The notes beneath the pieces were generated by a model. It saw only the letters and a list, made by a program, of their open reading frames with translations. It did no database searches and was not told where the DNA came from. A stretch of DNA of 59,687 nt, counting the filler, from Bonamia ostreae (Eukaryota), in assembly GCA_040357525.1 (NCBI GenBank). It is 5 parts of 5 records of this genome, joined end to end, with 100 filler letters (N's around TTAATTAATTAA, not from the genome) between each part and the next. Parts side by side here need not be neighbours in the genome. Positions count along the whole stretch, not along the records: positions 1 to 12,194 come from JBDODL010000018.1; 4 more parts are not named here. One strand, given 5' to 3'. Shown one piece after another: positions 1 through 10,001 of the stretch (its first letter is position 1; each line of letters opens with the position of its first letter). Made by a program: the position numbers and the translations under genes.

Positions 1-354
1 GTTAATTTTTCTTATTAACTTTTCTTGTTAATTTTCGTTATTTTTTGATAATTTAAATCATTTCGCTTTTAATCAAATCTCTCCACTTTCTACACTTGCT
101 TTGGAGTTATGTCGACAGAACACAATTCTAACCATTTCTAGAAATGTAAAATTTCAAGAAATGTCGTTTTAGCATTTTAACCATTTCTTGATCACAACAC
201 AATTTTAGTCTTTAAGGTATCTGCTGATGCGGTCGTTATGCGATGAACAGCCATAATGGCATAAAAGCGCTTTCGCCGCAGAGAGATTTATATTTTGGGC
301 ACAACGGATTTTGCTCCGGAATCGAAAAAAATTTTAAAAAAATTCGAATCGACT

Positions 355-897
355 TTAAATAAAGTCGACATCATACTTTTCACTCAGAAAGGCTCTCGCA
401 TCCTCCGGGGCAATTCTCTGCGAGCAGCCTACTTTGGAGCGACAGCGCTTTCTCTTGGAGACGCGCTTTCCCGCGCGACACAACGCGACGGAGAAATCCA
501 TTCCGAAGATTCCGACCTTCGGGTCGTACTGCAGACCGAGGTCGATGTGCTCGTTCAGGCCGAACCCAAAGTTCCCAGTGTTGTTGAAACAGCCTTTCGG
601 GAGCGAATATTCCTTGACTTTGAGCGCGAGAGCCAAAAGTCTTTCCGCGTTTTTCCCGCGGACCGTGACAAAAGTGGCGATTTTCTGGTTGCGGCGGATT
701 CCGAATGTTCTGATGGTCAGACGAGCCTTGGAAAACACGGGTTGTTGTTTGGTGAGCGTCTCCAGGACTCGCCCTGCGTGCGTCACTCTGTCGGTCGACT
801 TCCCGACGCAAATGTTAATGACGATTTTCTCGATTCGGATGTCTCGCATGGGGTTCGTCTTTTTAGCCAGCTTAGTGTCTTTGGAAATCGCTGCCAT
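355..897 (-). CDS. RPL11: 60S ribosomal protein L11 (uL5), intronless
   Basis: NPMRDIRIEKIVINICVG, QQPVFSKARLTIRTFGIRRN, GNFGFGLNEHIDLGLQYDP and GIFGMDF match eukaryotic uL5. Confidence 0.98.
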   Translation of the reverse strand: MAAISKDTKLAKKTNPMRDIRIEKIVINICVGKSTDRVTHAGRVLETLTKQQPVFSKARLTIRTFGIRRNQKIATFVTVRGKNAERLLALALKVKEYSLPKGCFNNTGNFGFGLNEHIDLGLQYDPKVGIFGMDFSVALCRAGKRVSKRKRCRSKVGCSQRIAPEDARAFLSEKYDVDFI

Positions 898-1006
898 TTA
901 ACCTAATTAAAAAATAGTAATTTGTTAGAACTGAGAATATATAAGACTTCTGTAGATTCGGTTTAAACTTTAGCTGCTAAAAGTTTACTGCAGAAAGCGT
1001 TCTATA

Positions 1007-1399
1007 ATGGATTCGTTATACGAGCTAAAAACTTACATAGAAGATCTCTTCGGAACGGAAAACGGTTTTCTTATAAAAGCTTTAGCGACGCATTGGCTCT
1101 TCATTTTCGCGTTCGCGTTTCTTATCCAAATAGCCGTTTCTTACTTTTTCAGCAATCGCGCGCCTCTCGAGAGAGCCGAGAGCGCAAAAGAAAAGTCTTC
1201 TGGCGAAACGGAAAGCGCCTCGCTTAGTGGCGAAAGCAGCGAAGATTTGAGCGTCGATGATTCCGAAAGCGCTGATTCTACCAAAAAATCGAGCGAAGAC
1301 TTGAAAGGAGAGGAAGAAAAGTCAGAAAAAACAGTCCAAAAAGAAAATCAGAAAGCTGAAAATCGAGTAAGAGCTCGAAGAACAAGAAGGGCCGATTAA
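1007..1399 (+). CDS. hypothetical small membrane protein (one TM, charged Ser/Glu-rich tail)
   Basis: 130-aa ATG-initiated ORF with hydrophobic WLFIFAFAFLIQIAVSYFF; divergent from RPL11. Confidence 0.6.
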   Translation: MDSLYELKTYIEDLFGTENGFLIKALATHWLFIFAFAFLIQIAVSYFFSNRAPLERAESAKEKSSGETESASLSGESSEDLSVDDSESADSTKKSSEDLKGEEEKSEKTVQKENQKAENRVRARRTRRAD

Positions 1400-1423
1400 A
1401 TTTTATATTGGTGTTTTTAATTT

Positions 1424-1613
1424 GAAAAGTAAATTGCAATAATTTGCTTTAAAAATTGAAATAAAACGAAAAGTAATTGCAATAATTTGCTTTAAAAATT
1501 GAAATAAAACGAAAAGTAAATTGCAATAATTTGTTTTAAAAATTGAAATTAAACAAAAAATAAATTGCAACAATTTGTTTTAAAAATTGAAATAAAACGA
1601 ATTAAATTGCAAT
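1424..1613. repeat. intergenic tandem repeat, 43-44 bp unit, about 4.5 copies
   Basis: AAAGTAAATTGCAATAATTTGCTTTAAAAATTGAAATAAAACG repeated. Confidence 0.9.
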
Positions 1614-1722
1614 ATTTTCCAAACAGTTTTACAAAAATTTCTTATGTTTGGCAAAATTTGATAATTACTAATTTTTATCGAAATTTATTTTTTGAGAGAT
1701 AATCTTACATTAAATTTACTTT

Positions 1723-3088
1723 TTATTGAATAGATATCACGACAAAAGCAAAGATCAGACAAAAAGCGGAGAAAACGAAAATTTTCAAACTTTTTGAAAA
1801 ATTTTTCACCGAAGAAAGTTTTTCATCGGCAAAAATTTTCGAAAGCTCCGACTTAAATCTTTCTTCCGAGAATTTTAGCTCTACGTGTTTTTGCCCTTCA
1901 ATGCCCATTTTCTCGCAAAGAGAATCAGATTTTACTATTTTCAGTACCGCTTGTGCAAAATCTTCCGCATTTTGATTGCAGAGAAACCCCGTTTTGCGGT
2001 CTACCACTGTTTCCAGTAATCCACCCGTGTTTGTTGCTATCACTGGTACTCTGTTTTGCATTGCTTTGGGTTAATAATGAAACCTTCGATCGGCGCTATT
2101 CCGAAATGTTCGTTTAATGGAGTGTAGATCAAACAACGCGCGATTTTGAACAAAAATTGCTTTTGTTTTTCTGAGAAATTTCGCAAGAAGACGACATCTC
2201 CTTCCAAATCGGGAAAGTGTGAGATTTTTAAGTCCATTTTGCTTTCAGTCAGCCGAACCAATTCTTCAAAATAAAGTTTGTTGTTTTCGCTGAACCCGCC
2301 GGCGAGAACGACTTTGACGTTTTTAGACTCTTCAAAATGGCGTTTCCGCAAAAGAAAAAGTGTTTCGATCGCCAGAAAAAGGTTTTTTGCTTTATCGAAG
2401 CGATTTATCGAAACCAAAAACGACCAGTTTTTACGCAAATCGATTTCCGAACTCTCGTTTTGCTTTTTGCTTTTAACGCTGACGGGGTACAATATTTGCG
2501 GGGTCGCTATTCCCGGGAAACAGTCTCTGAAGACATTTCTGGTAAATTCAGAGTTAACAACGACTTTGTCTGCGAATTCGATCGATCTGCTTTCGATCGG
2601 ATCGAGCAGTTTCCTGTACAGTCTGTGCAAAAAGCCCCTTTTTTTCGTCAACAATCTGTCTGGAAAGTGGCCATAGAAGAAAAATCTTTTTCTTGGTTTT
2701 TCATTTACGCTGAGACATCTCAAGCAGTTCTTAGCTTTGAGCACAGAAAGCGGAATTGGATGGATATCGACTAAAAAGACGTCGTGCGAATTAAGAGGGA
2801 CGAAGACAGAAACAATGATTAATTTGACGAGCGTAAGAAAGACGGTAAATTTTCCGTAAATGTTCAGCGGAATTTTTTCGGCGAGAGGAATTACTTTAAT
2901 GGCGAGTTTGGGATTTTTCGATTCTTCGAAACTCCTGTTCTTCTTGTAAAAAGTTGTGTAGATCGTCACTTGGTGCCCCATCTCGATTAATGAAATGGCG
3001 ACCAGCAAAATTAGTTTCTCTGCGCCCCCTTTTACAAATTGGAAAGCAAACCTATGCCTAGGTTGTAGTGTATTATTGCGATCCTCAT
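1723..3088 (-). CDS. ALG2: alpha-1,3/1,6-mannosyltransferase ALG2 (GT4), 3 exons
   Basis: Spliced MRIAIIHYNLGIGGAEKL, FYGHFPD, SINRFDKAKNL and YTPLNEHFGIAPIEAM..PVIATNTGG; introns 3029-3051 (23 nt) and 2064-2083 (20 nt). Confidence 0.95.
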
Positions 3089-3488
3089 TTTTTGAACTTT
3101 TATCAAATTTGAATAAAATGAAATAAAAATATTAGTGTTTTCGTATGGTCGTCCAAATATTTTTAATTATTTCCAAACTATTTTTTCTTTTTTCTGGTGG
3201 TTGCTTATCTTCATTTGAAAGTACTTTTAAGTCATCTTTTCTATTTTCTTAAATCTGTAAAATCTTTTAAGTTCTTTTAGAAAGTGTTCATTTGTCTCTC
3301 TCATTTGTCTTTCGTGTTATTAAAATTTTGTGGTCGTTCTAAGAGGATTTTCTTTAACTTTTTTTCTGATTTTTTGCAATTATTATTTTTCTGATTTAAC
3401 TTTCCTTTATCAGCTCGATTTTTCTTTTTTAGATGGGCTTTGAATAACTTAATTTATAATCCTCCTATCGCGTGACAACAATTTTGAA

Positions 3489-3991
3489 ATGGCGGAACCA
3501 GTTTTGTTCTGATTCAACAAAATTAATTTTGCTGCTTTATAATATTGTTCATAATAATTTGGGACGGTAAAACAGCTAAATGAAAAATGGTGTCTACAAA
3601 TAAATTACTTTATCCATAAAAACAAATAAACTAAAAAAATTTCTTGAAGTGTTAAATGCTCAAAACCGCAAGCGGGCGTCGGCTGTAAATTAAATATCGC
3701 AAAGCTACATTAAATTTGTGCAGAAACAGAACATCCAGAAGAAAATTTCTGCGTACATGGACGAAGAGCGAACTTTTGAATTGATGGAGGTCACCATTGA
3801 ATCGTCCAACAGAACAACTTTCAAAAGTTAGCAAAATCATAGAAGAAGAACATTTAAATATCAAATATTAATTATGGGAGATCTGAACGAACATCATAAA
3901 AATGGCGCAAATGAAGGGAGAAAAAGATGGGTTATCTAGTCCTTTTTCAAAATGTTTCTTGTGCTTCCAAAGAAAGGAGCAACAACGATAG
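3489..3991 (+). CDS. possible small multi-exon hypothetical gene
   Basis: Coding-like segments (YIKFVQKQNIQKKISAYMDEERTFELMEVTIES) separated by about 20-nt GT-AG stretches; full frame not resolved. Confidence 0.25.
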
Positions 3992-4016
3992 AAATCAATA
4001 AAAAGCAGTTAAAAAT

Positions 4017-4619
4017 TTAATAAATTCTGCCCAAATACAAAGCATTTCTATATTTCGCCTTCAATTCCCTCCATTGCACATAGAACTTATCACAACCGCA
4101 AAAATACAGAATTTTCCCCGTTAGCGACAAAGTCTTCACTCTGCAGATACTTTCGACAAAAACAAATTTAGTGTTCCTGCAAAGAAACGAATTCAATATT
4201 CTGACCGCCAAATAAATCAAGACCGTTGTGCCGGGTCCGTTCGTTACCACCATTTTGGGGTTTGCGTGAAACAATTTTTTTGTAGCTATCACTAAACAGA
4301 AAACTGAGCTAAAAATAGTCGTTAACCACGACTGCCCCACTCTTCTGGCCCGCGGAAGTTTAATGGAAACGCGATCAATCCTCTTAAAGCGCTTTTCCGC
4401 TTTTTTGCGACTGAGGGTGTCTTCGAAAGATGTCATAACGCCTAACCGAGCATATTTGTGAAGATCCAAATCTTCAAAGAGCCTAATCATTTCGGAAGTG
4501 TGTCCGCCCGAACCCAAAAATATTAAAGTTTCACATTTCGGATCATTTTTTGTCGAGCACAAATAGATGATCAGCGGCAACGTAAATATGACTAAAGAGA
4601 TCGCGAACATTATCACCAT
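4017..4619 (-). CDS. ALG14: UDP-GlcNAc transferase subunit ALG14
   Basis: N-terminal TM, LGSGGHTSEM, PRARRVGQSW, NGPGT, FVESICRVKTLSLTGKILY and VQWREL motifs. Confidence 0.96.
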   Translation of the reverse strand: MVIMFAISLVIFTLPLIIYLCSTKNDPKCETLIFLGSGGHTSEMIRLFEDLDLHKYARLGVMTSFEDTLSRKKAEKRFKRIDRVSIKLPRARRVGQSWLTTIFSSVFCLVIATKKLFHANPKMVVTNGPGTTVLIYLAVRILNSFLCRNTKFVFVESICRVKTLSLTGKILYFCGCDKFYVQWRELKAKYRNALYLGRIY

Positions 4620-4830
4620 TTCTATAAATGTGCTAAAAATTAGCAGAAGTTTTTAGACAGTTAAATTTCTCCACTTAACATTTCGCCATTATTAAATTTT
4701 ATGACAGTAAAGAATCTTTAATTCTGTCGTTTTTACATTAAGATGATTTTGCAGCGAGTTTATGACAATTTCAAAATTGAAGTTTTGTGTTTTTAGCTAA
4801 AACAAGACATTTGACAACTTGAATTTAATT

Positions 4831-7341
4831 TCATACGTCGGACGAGCCAACAACAAAACTGTCGATAACGCCGCTACCACTTGCCACGCCTCCTTCTACA
4901 GATTCCTTCGGCTTCGTGCGAAGAAGCCATCCGTCAAACTTGTTGTTGAGCACTCTGTCGCCTATCCTAAAAATAGATTTTGATTTTAGCCATTAAAACA
5001 CCTTTTTGAAATAAGTCAGCAGCGACGAGCCATTTTTGGCAGACTAAACACAAAAATATTAAAATGCCTTAAAAAGGTCCCGAAAACGCCAACTTCGCTA
5101 ACAGACCGCGCCCCGAAAATAACGCCATTTTTAGAAAAAACAGTGGAACTTTCGACCGGCCATATTTTCTTCATAGCTATGAGCCCTTTCAGCTCTTTAT
5201 CTTCTCTTAAAATCTTGCACATGTTTTCACCTTCTATAATGTTGCCCCCTCCCTCTCTTTGTGGCTTCAAAAGCCATTCCACCGGGTCGGCCAAAATCTT
5301 GTCTATAATTTGTGCTTTGTTTTCGCCTTCGAAGTTATGGCTTTCGTTAAAGTACTTCGCCAGAATATCGGCTTCGGCGGCATTCAAATATTTCGACAAG
5401 ACGCCCGGACGCGAAAACGCCTGTTGCAATCGCTTGCAACCAGCCAATTGGTACCCAACAGTCGGCGCCTTCAAACAATTGGAGGTCTCTATCATTTTTC
5501 TCGCTTTCCATTCCTTTTCGCTCGGATAGTCTTGCGGACTGTATCCCGCGCGGAAGTAAACGACGTCGATTTGAATGTCTCGCGCACTGTATTAAAATGA
5601 AAAGAACTTGTGTTTTAGGTTCAAAGTTGAATCTTTCAATGAGCACTCTTCAAAAACTTGTTTTAAGGTCATTTTGATAAATTTGACGTTTCTTTGCAAT
5701 TGTTATTTCAATTTAAACCTTTTTTTTAATTGATTTTCTATTATGTCGTGGTCGAGCATTCCGGTTTCTTCATTTTCTCTGACGATCATCAGAACGCTGT
5801 GGCCATTACAAATTTGTCTTTTGGAATATTTTTAAATTGGGAGAGCTAAATTAATATTCAGAAAAAACAATTTTCATTGTTTGAACTTTTTGTACAAAAG
5901 CGAAAATTAATCGTTTGGAAAGTATTAATATTTTTGCATTTTTGTAATCAAATTTTTCAACAATGCGAGAATATTTTTGCAGTCAAATTTTTAACAAAGC
6001 GACAATATTTTTGCAGTTTAACAAAGCGACAATATTTTTGCAGTCAAATTTTTAACAAAGCGACAATATTTTTGCAGTCAAATTTTTAACAAAGCGACAA
6101 TATTTNNNNNNNNNNNNNNNNNNNNNNNNNNNNNNNNNNNNNNNNNNNNNNNNNNNNNNNNNNNNNNNNNNNNNNNNNNNNNNNNNNNNNNNNNNNNNNN
6201 NNNNNTTGTGTTTTTGGTCAATTTGGAAAATTTTAATAAAGCAAAAATTTCAAAGAATATCAAAGTAATAAACGAATAAAAATCTTTCTTCTTTTTGTCC
6301 AAAAATCGCTCCAAAAAGCCATTTTTATTGTTTTCTCGTTTCCTTTTCTTTTTGCTTATTTCTTCGCATTCTTTATCGAACCAAACGTCTTTTGGCAATT
6401 CTCTTAATTGTAAATTTTAAAAACTTTGTTAATATTTCCCCCAAACCCAGAAGCAATAAATCTGACACCGCTTTAATACTGTGTTTGGGCATCGACTTAA
6501 ATTTGACCGTTTCCGAAAAATTCTCTCTCAGCAGATCTCTGTTTTGATTGAACATTTAAAATTAATACTTTTATAATTAATCGTTTCCGAACATTTATTC
6601 GCGTTACAAATTTTAATTTTGCAATCGGTTTTATTTAAACGCGTGGAAATCGACCATGTGCGCGGAAATGCCTGAATATCCGCATGAAATCGTGTTGATT
6701 TCGACGAGAAAATAACTTTGCGCTTTTTCGTCGAAGAAGAAATCAGCTCTGTTGATATTAATGGCGGGATGACCTCTCATTAAATCCATTTCGAAGGTAT
6801 CGCTGTAAATCCCAAAAAGTCGTTCTACAAAAGAATCCTCTTTGATGACTTCTCTGAGTTCATCCCTCAAAAACTCAAAATCTCTGCTGACAGAATCGAC
6901 GAGTTTGTTAATGATTGAGATGTCTTTTTCCAAATTTTCTATTTTTATTTTCTTCGGTAACAGCGAAAACGGGAAATTTGGGAGTTTTTTGTTGTTTTCT
7001 GGATTTGATGTGCTTGTTTCTAAAAGTTTTGATAATTTTTCATCCAAAATCTCTTTTTTAATGGTCGAATGCAAAGTTTTTATTGCTGTTTCCAAACATT
7101 CGTTTATTTTTTCATTTTCTTTATCGGGTTTTTCCGAATTTTGCTCGTTTTTGACTAAATTTTGATCATTTTTGTCGACATTTTCAAAATTTTGTTCGTT
7201 TTTGTCTAAATTTTGATCATTTTTGTCGACATTTTCAAAATTTTGTTCGTTTTTGTCTAAATTTTGATCATTTTTGTCGACATTTTCAAAATTTTGCTCG
7301 TTTTTTAAATTATTTTCGATTTTTGTATTTTGTGAAGACAT
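4831..7341 (-). CDS. GSS: glutathione synthetase (eukaryotic type), about 7 exons
   Basis: INRADF, VEINTIS, VVYFRAGYSP, QLAGCKRLQQ, LKPQREGGGN, SEVGVFG and GWLLRTK..EGGVASG motifs; one intron spans an assembly gap. Confidence 0.95.
5970..6105. repeat. intronic tandem repeat, about 34 bp unit, runs into N gap
   Basis: CAATATTTTTGCAGTCAAATTTTTAACAAAGCGA repeated. Confidence 0.85.
7137..7306 (-). repeat. coding 51-bp (17 aa) tandem repeat in the GSS N-terminus
   Basis: KNEQNFENVDKNDQNLD x3. Confidence 0.9.
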
Positions 7342-7374
7342 TTTTGGTTTGCTCGATAATTTTATAACAAAACG

Positions 7375-8363
7375 CTATGAAAATGGAGAACTGTGTAGTA
7401 ATTTAATTGTGTAAATCATCTTTTGCTCATTCCCCTTTTTCTTTCCGACATACGCGAGATTAGCCGGCACTACCAATTTTCTTTTACCTCCATAACGCAT
7501 CCCGCCCATTCCTAAATCCCAGCCTTTCGTAACTTCACCATTTCCTAAATAAATACATATATTAAAAAAACCGAATTTGAAACCGAAAGCTTTTTTCTCG
7601 TCAATGGCTGATTCAGTGATTTTGCCGTTTATATCTTTGGCGGCAAACAGGATTCTAACGAAATCGCCTTTGCTTATTTTCTAACAAAGTTTTTTGATTG
7701 ACAAAACCTTTCCTTCGCCTTTTTCTAAATCAAAAATTTTCACTCCGTTCTTTTCAACCCATTTTTTCTTCGACTTTTTGTTCTTCGATTTTTTTGATTT
7801 CTTGCTCGACTTCTTCGGCTTCTCAATCTTAACTTTGTCTATGTTCGAATTTTTAGAGATTTTTTCGGTTTTGGGATTTTTGTCAGATTCGCCATTATTT
7901 TTGGTTCTTGCCGAAATCGGTTTTTTATGGACTACTCCATTCAAAGACGAAATATTTGTTTTTGCCTCCTTCGGAAAATCGTCTTCAATGATGTTCAAAG
8001 ATTGAAAATAGCCAGAAATGTTAACACCCAAATTCCCTTTATTGAAGATCGTAACAGGAACTTGAGCTTAAAAATTAAATTTCAAGGATAACGAGGGAGG
8101 ACTAAATTCAAATTAAAATTTTCGCAATATTTTTCACGCAAATTGCAGACTATCACACTTTATCTTTTAGTTGAAAATAACGATTTCCCCGCGGTGAGAA
8201 TGGAGATTGAAGCGGACTCTGTCGATTTTTCTCCCGAAGTCGGATCTCCGTTCTCTGGAATAAGGGCGGCCGTACAAACATTCAAGACGTTATCTTCTGG
8301 GACAAAAACTTGAACTTTTGTTTTTGGGTTGATGTCTACTCCCCAAAAAGAAAAAGTGGCCAT
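7375..8363 (-). CDS. nucleoplasmin-like domain FKBP (FKBP39/Fpr3-Fpr4 type), 5 exons
   Basis: N-terminal [23 protein letters not shown] fold, Lys-rich linker, C-terminal FKBP ([45 protein letters not shown]). Confidence 0.85.
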
Positions 8364-8588
8364 TTGTGTAGATTTGTAAGAAGTAGCGGTTTATCAGGAA
8401 AATGTAAAATGGTTTATTAAGACTAAACTTTAAGGCTTTAGCCAAATGATAAATGTTTGTAATTATGTTTAACAATTTTTTCCATTTTTTGTTATTTTTT
8501 AAAGCCACAATTTTTTGTATATTTTAAAAACGACAATTTTATTTTTTTTCAATTTTAGAAATTGACAAATCATTTAATGTAGCAATAT

Positions 8589-9228
8589 TTATTGCTTCTC
8601 CTTAAATCTCCAGTGATTATTTTTTTGAAATTTGATAAGTGGGAACTTTTCGTTGCCTTCATGTGTGTCATTAATCCCAAAAGCGTTTTCCTTTCTCTTC
8701 TGGTTGATGAAGCTAAATTTTATTGTTTTTTAAACTTAATGGAATTCGTCCGAAAGAGAAAATGGTAAGAGAACACTGATGCAACGAAGAAGCCCAACGA
8801 AACAAACAATTTTGCTCCGAAAACGGGCGGTCCAATATAATTTTTGAGGCCGTTTATTTCTTTCATGAAATGTTCATTCTTTTCATTTTAAATATAAATG
8901 AACTAACATAAAAAATATAACAAATTTTTGTTGCAAATCAAAACTGAGATTTGGCCATTTTTTAAATTTTTGTTGCAAATCAAAACTGAGATTTGGCCAT
9001 TTTTTAAATTATGTTATAAAAAAATTAAATTACGAAAAAAATCTATCCAATTAAAAAAACCCGTTTAATTATATCGTAAAAAATATCATGTTCAATATAA
9101 GGTAGCTTATAACGATGTCCTAAATAACATTTATATTTCTCCAATTTGATCTGCTCTTTTAACGACAGCCTTGTCGGCACCATCTTTACCGAAGATGCAT
9201 TTTTAACCAGTTTCGAGATTAGAGCCAT
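8589..9228 (-). CDS. hypothetical basic single-TM protein, possibly mitochondrial, 3 exons
   Basis: Spliced MALISKLVKNASSVKMVPTRLS...KR|NEHFMKEINGLKNYIGPPVFGAKLFVSLGFFVASVFSYHFLFR...; open after removing two GT-AG introns. Confidence 0.5.
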
Positions 9229-9300
9229 ATATTAATATTTAGTTATATAATAAACTAAGAAATTTAGCCAAAAATTAGCAAAATAGGAAGTGCAATTTAA

Positions 9301-9685
9301 TCACAAATGACTGGACAAAAAGTTACCAAATTTGTTGCCCACCGAAGGCTTCTTGGCTCCAGTCTCTTTATTGCATTTGTGCTCTTTTAAAGAACAGTCG
9401 TAACAACTTTGGATGTTCGCCCCAACTTCTTCCAACTCTTTGCAGTCGTGATTTCTGCACAAAGAGACGCAATCTGAAAAAATTTTAAAATAAAGAACTG
9501 TAATAATCGTCTGCTTTGGGATTGCATTCATCATCTGAATCGCAGAGTCGGCATTTGCTGTGAACATTAATCGTTTGTCCTTTCAAGTTTTCACAGGAAT
9601 TCTTTTTGCAAATCGGGGAACATTCCGTCTGCTTTTTGCATGAGATTGTTAATAGATAAGTTGCGAGAATTATGAGAATAGACAT
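9301..9685 (-). CDS. small secreted cysteine-rich protein with two 6-Cys repeats, 2 exons
   Basis: Signal peptide MSILIILATYLLTISC; a 24-nt GT-AG intron joins the two ORF-track frames; C-x3-C-x4-C...C-x2-C...C occurs twice. Confidence 0.7.
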
Positions 9686-10001
9686 TAGTGCTTTTGGTTA
9701 TAATTGGATTGTTTGTTTTTAACGTTTTGGAATATAATTGTTTGCATTCGATATTTATAAAATTTGTATATAAAAAATTTAACAAGCTTTTTTAATTGAG
9801 CTTTAAATTAGTTTTTAGATTATATGTCGAGAATAGTTAATATATTTTATAGTTAAAAAATTTACTTTATAATTGAAATAAAACGAAAATATTTTTTTAT
9901 TTTAATATTTTGTCGCAATTTTGACAGATTAAATCTTAAACTGAAAATTGCTGTTTTTGTTATTAACACATTTTGTCATTGAATTATAAAAACTGAAAAA
10001 A

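Noticed and set aside
60-350. Moderately GC-rich stretch with a possible TGC-TGA-TGC (Cys-Sec-Cys) frame
   Set aside because: No supportable gene model, homology or SECIS; probably the end of a gene that starts outside the window.
295-906. Long antisense ORFs over RPL11 (also over CRNKL1, ATP13A1 and others)
   Set aside because: Shadow frames of GC-richer coding sequence with no recognisable motifs.
6274-6403. WFDKEC motif as a LINE fragment in a GSS intron
   Set aside because: It is bounded by phase-compatible splice sites and is open, so an exon is the simpler reading.
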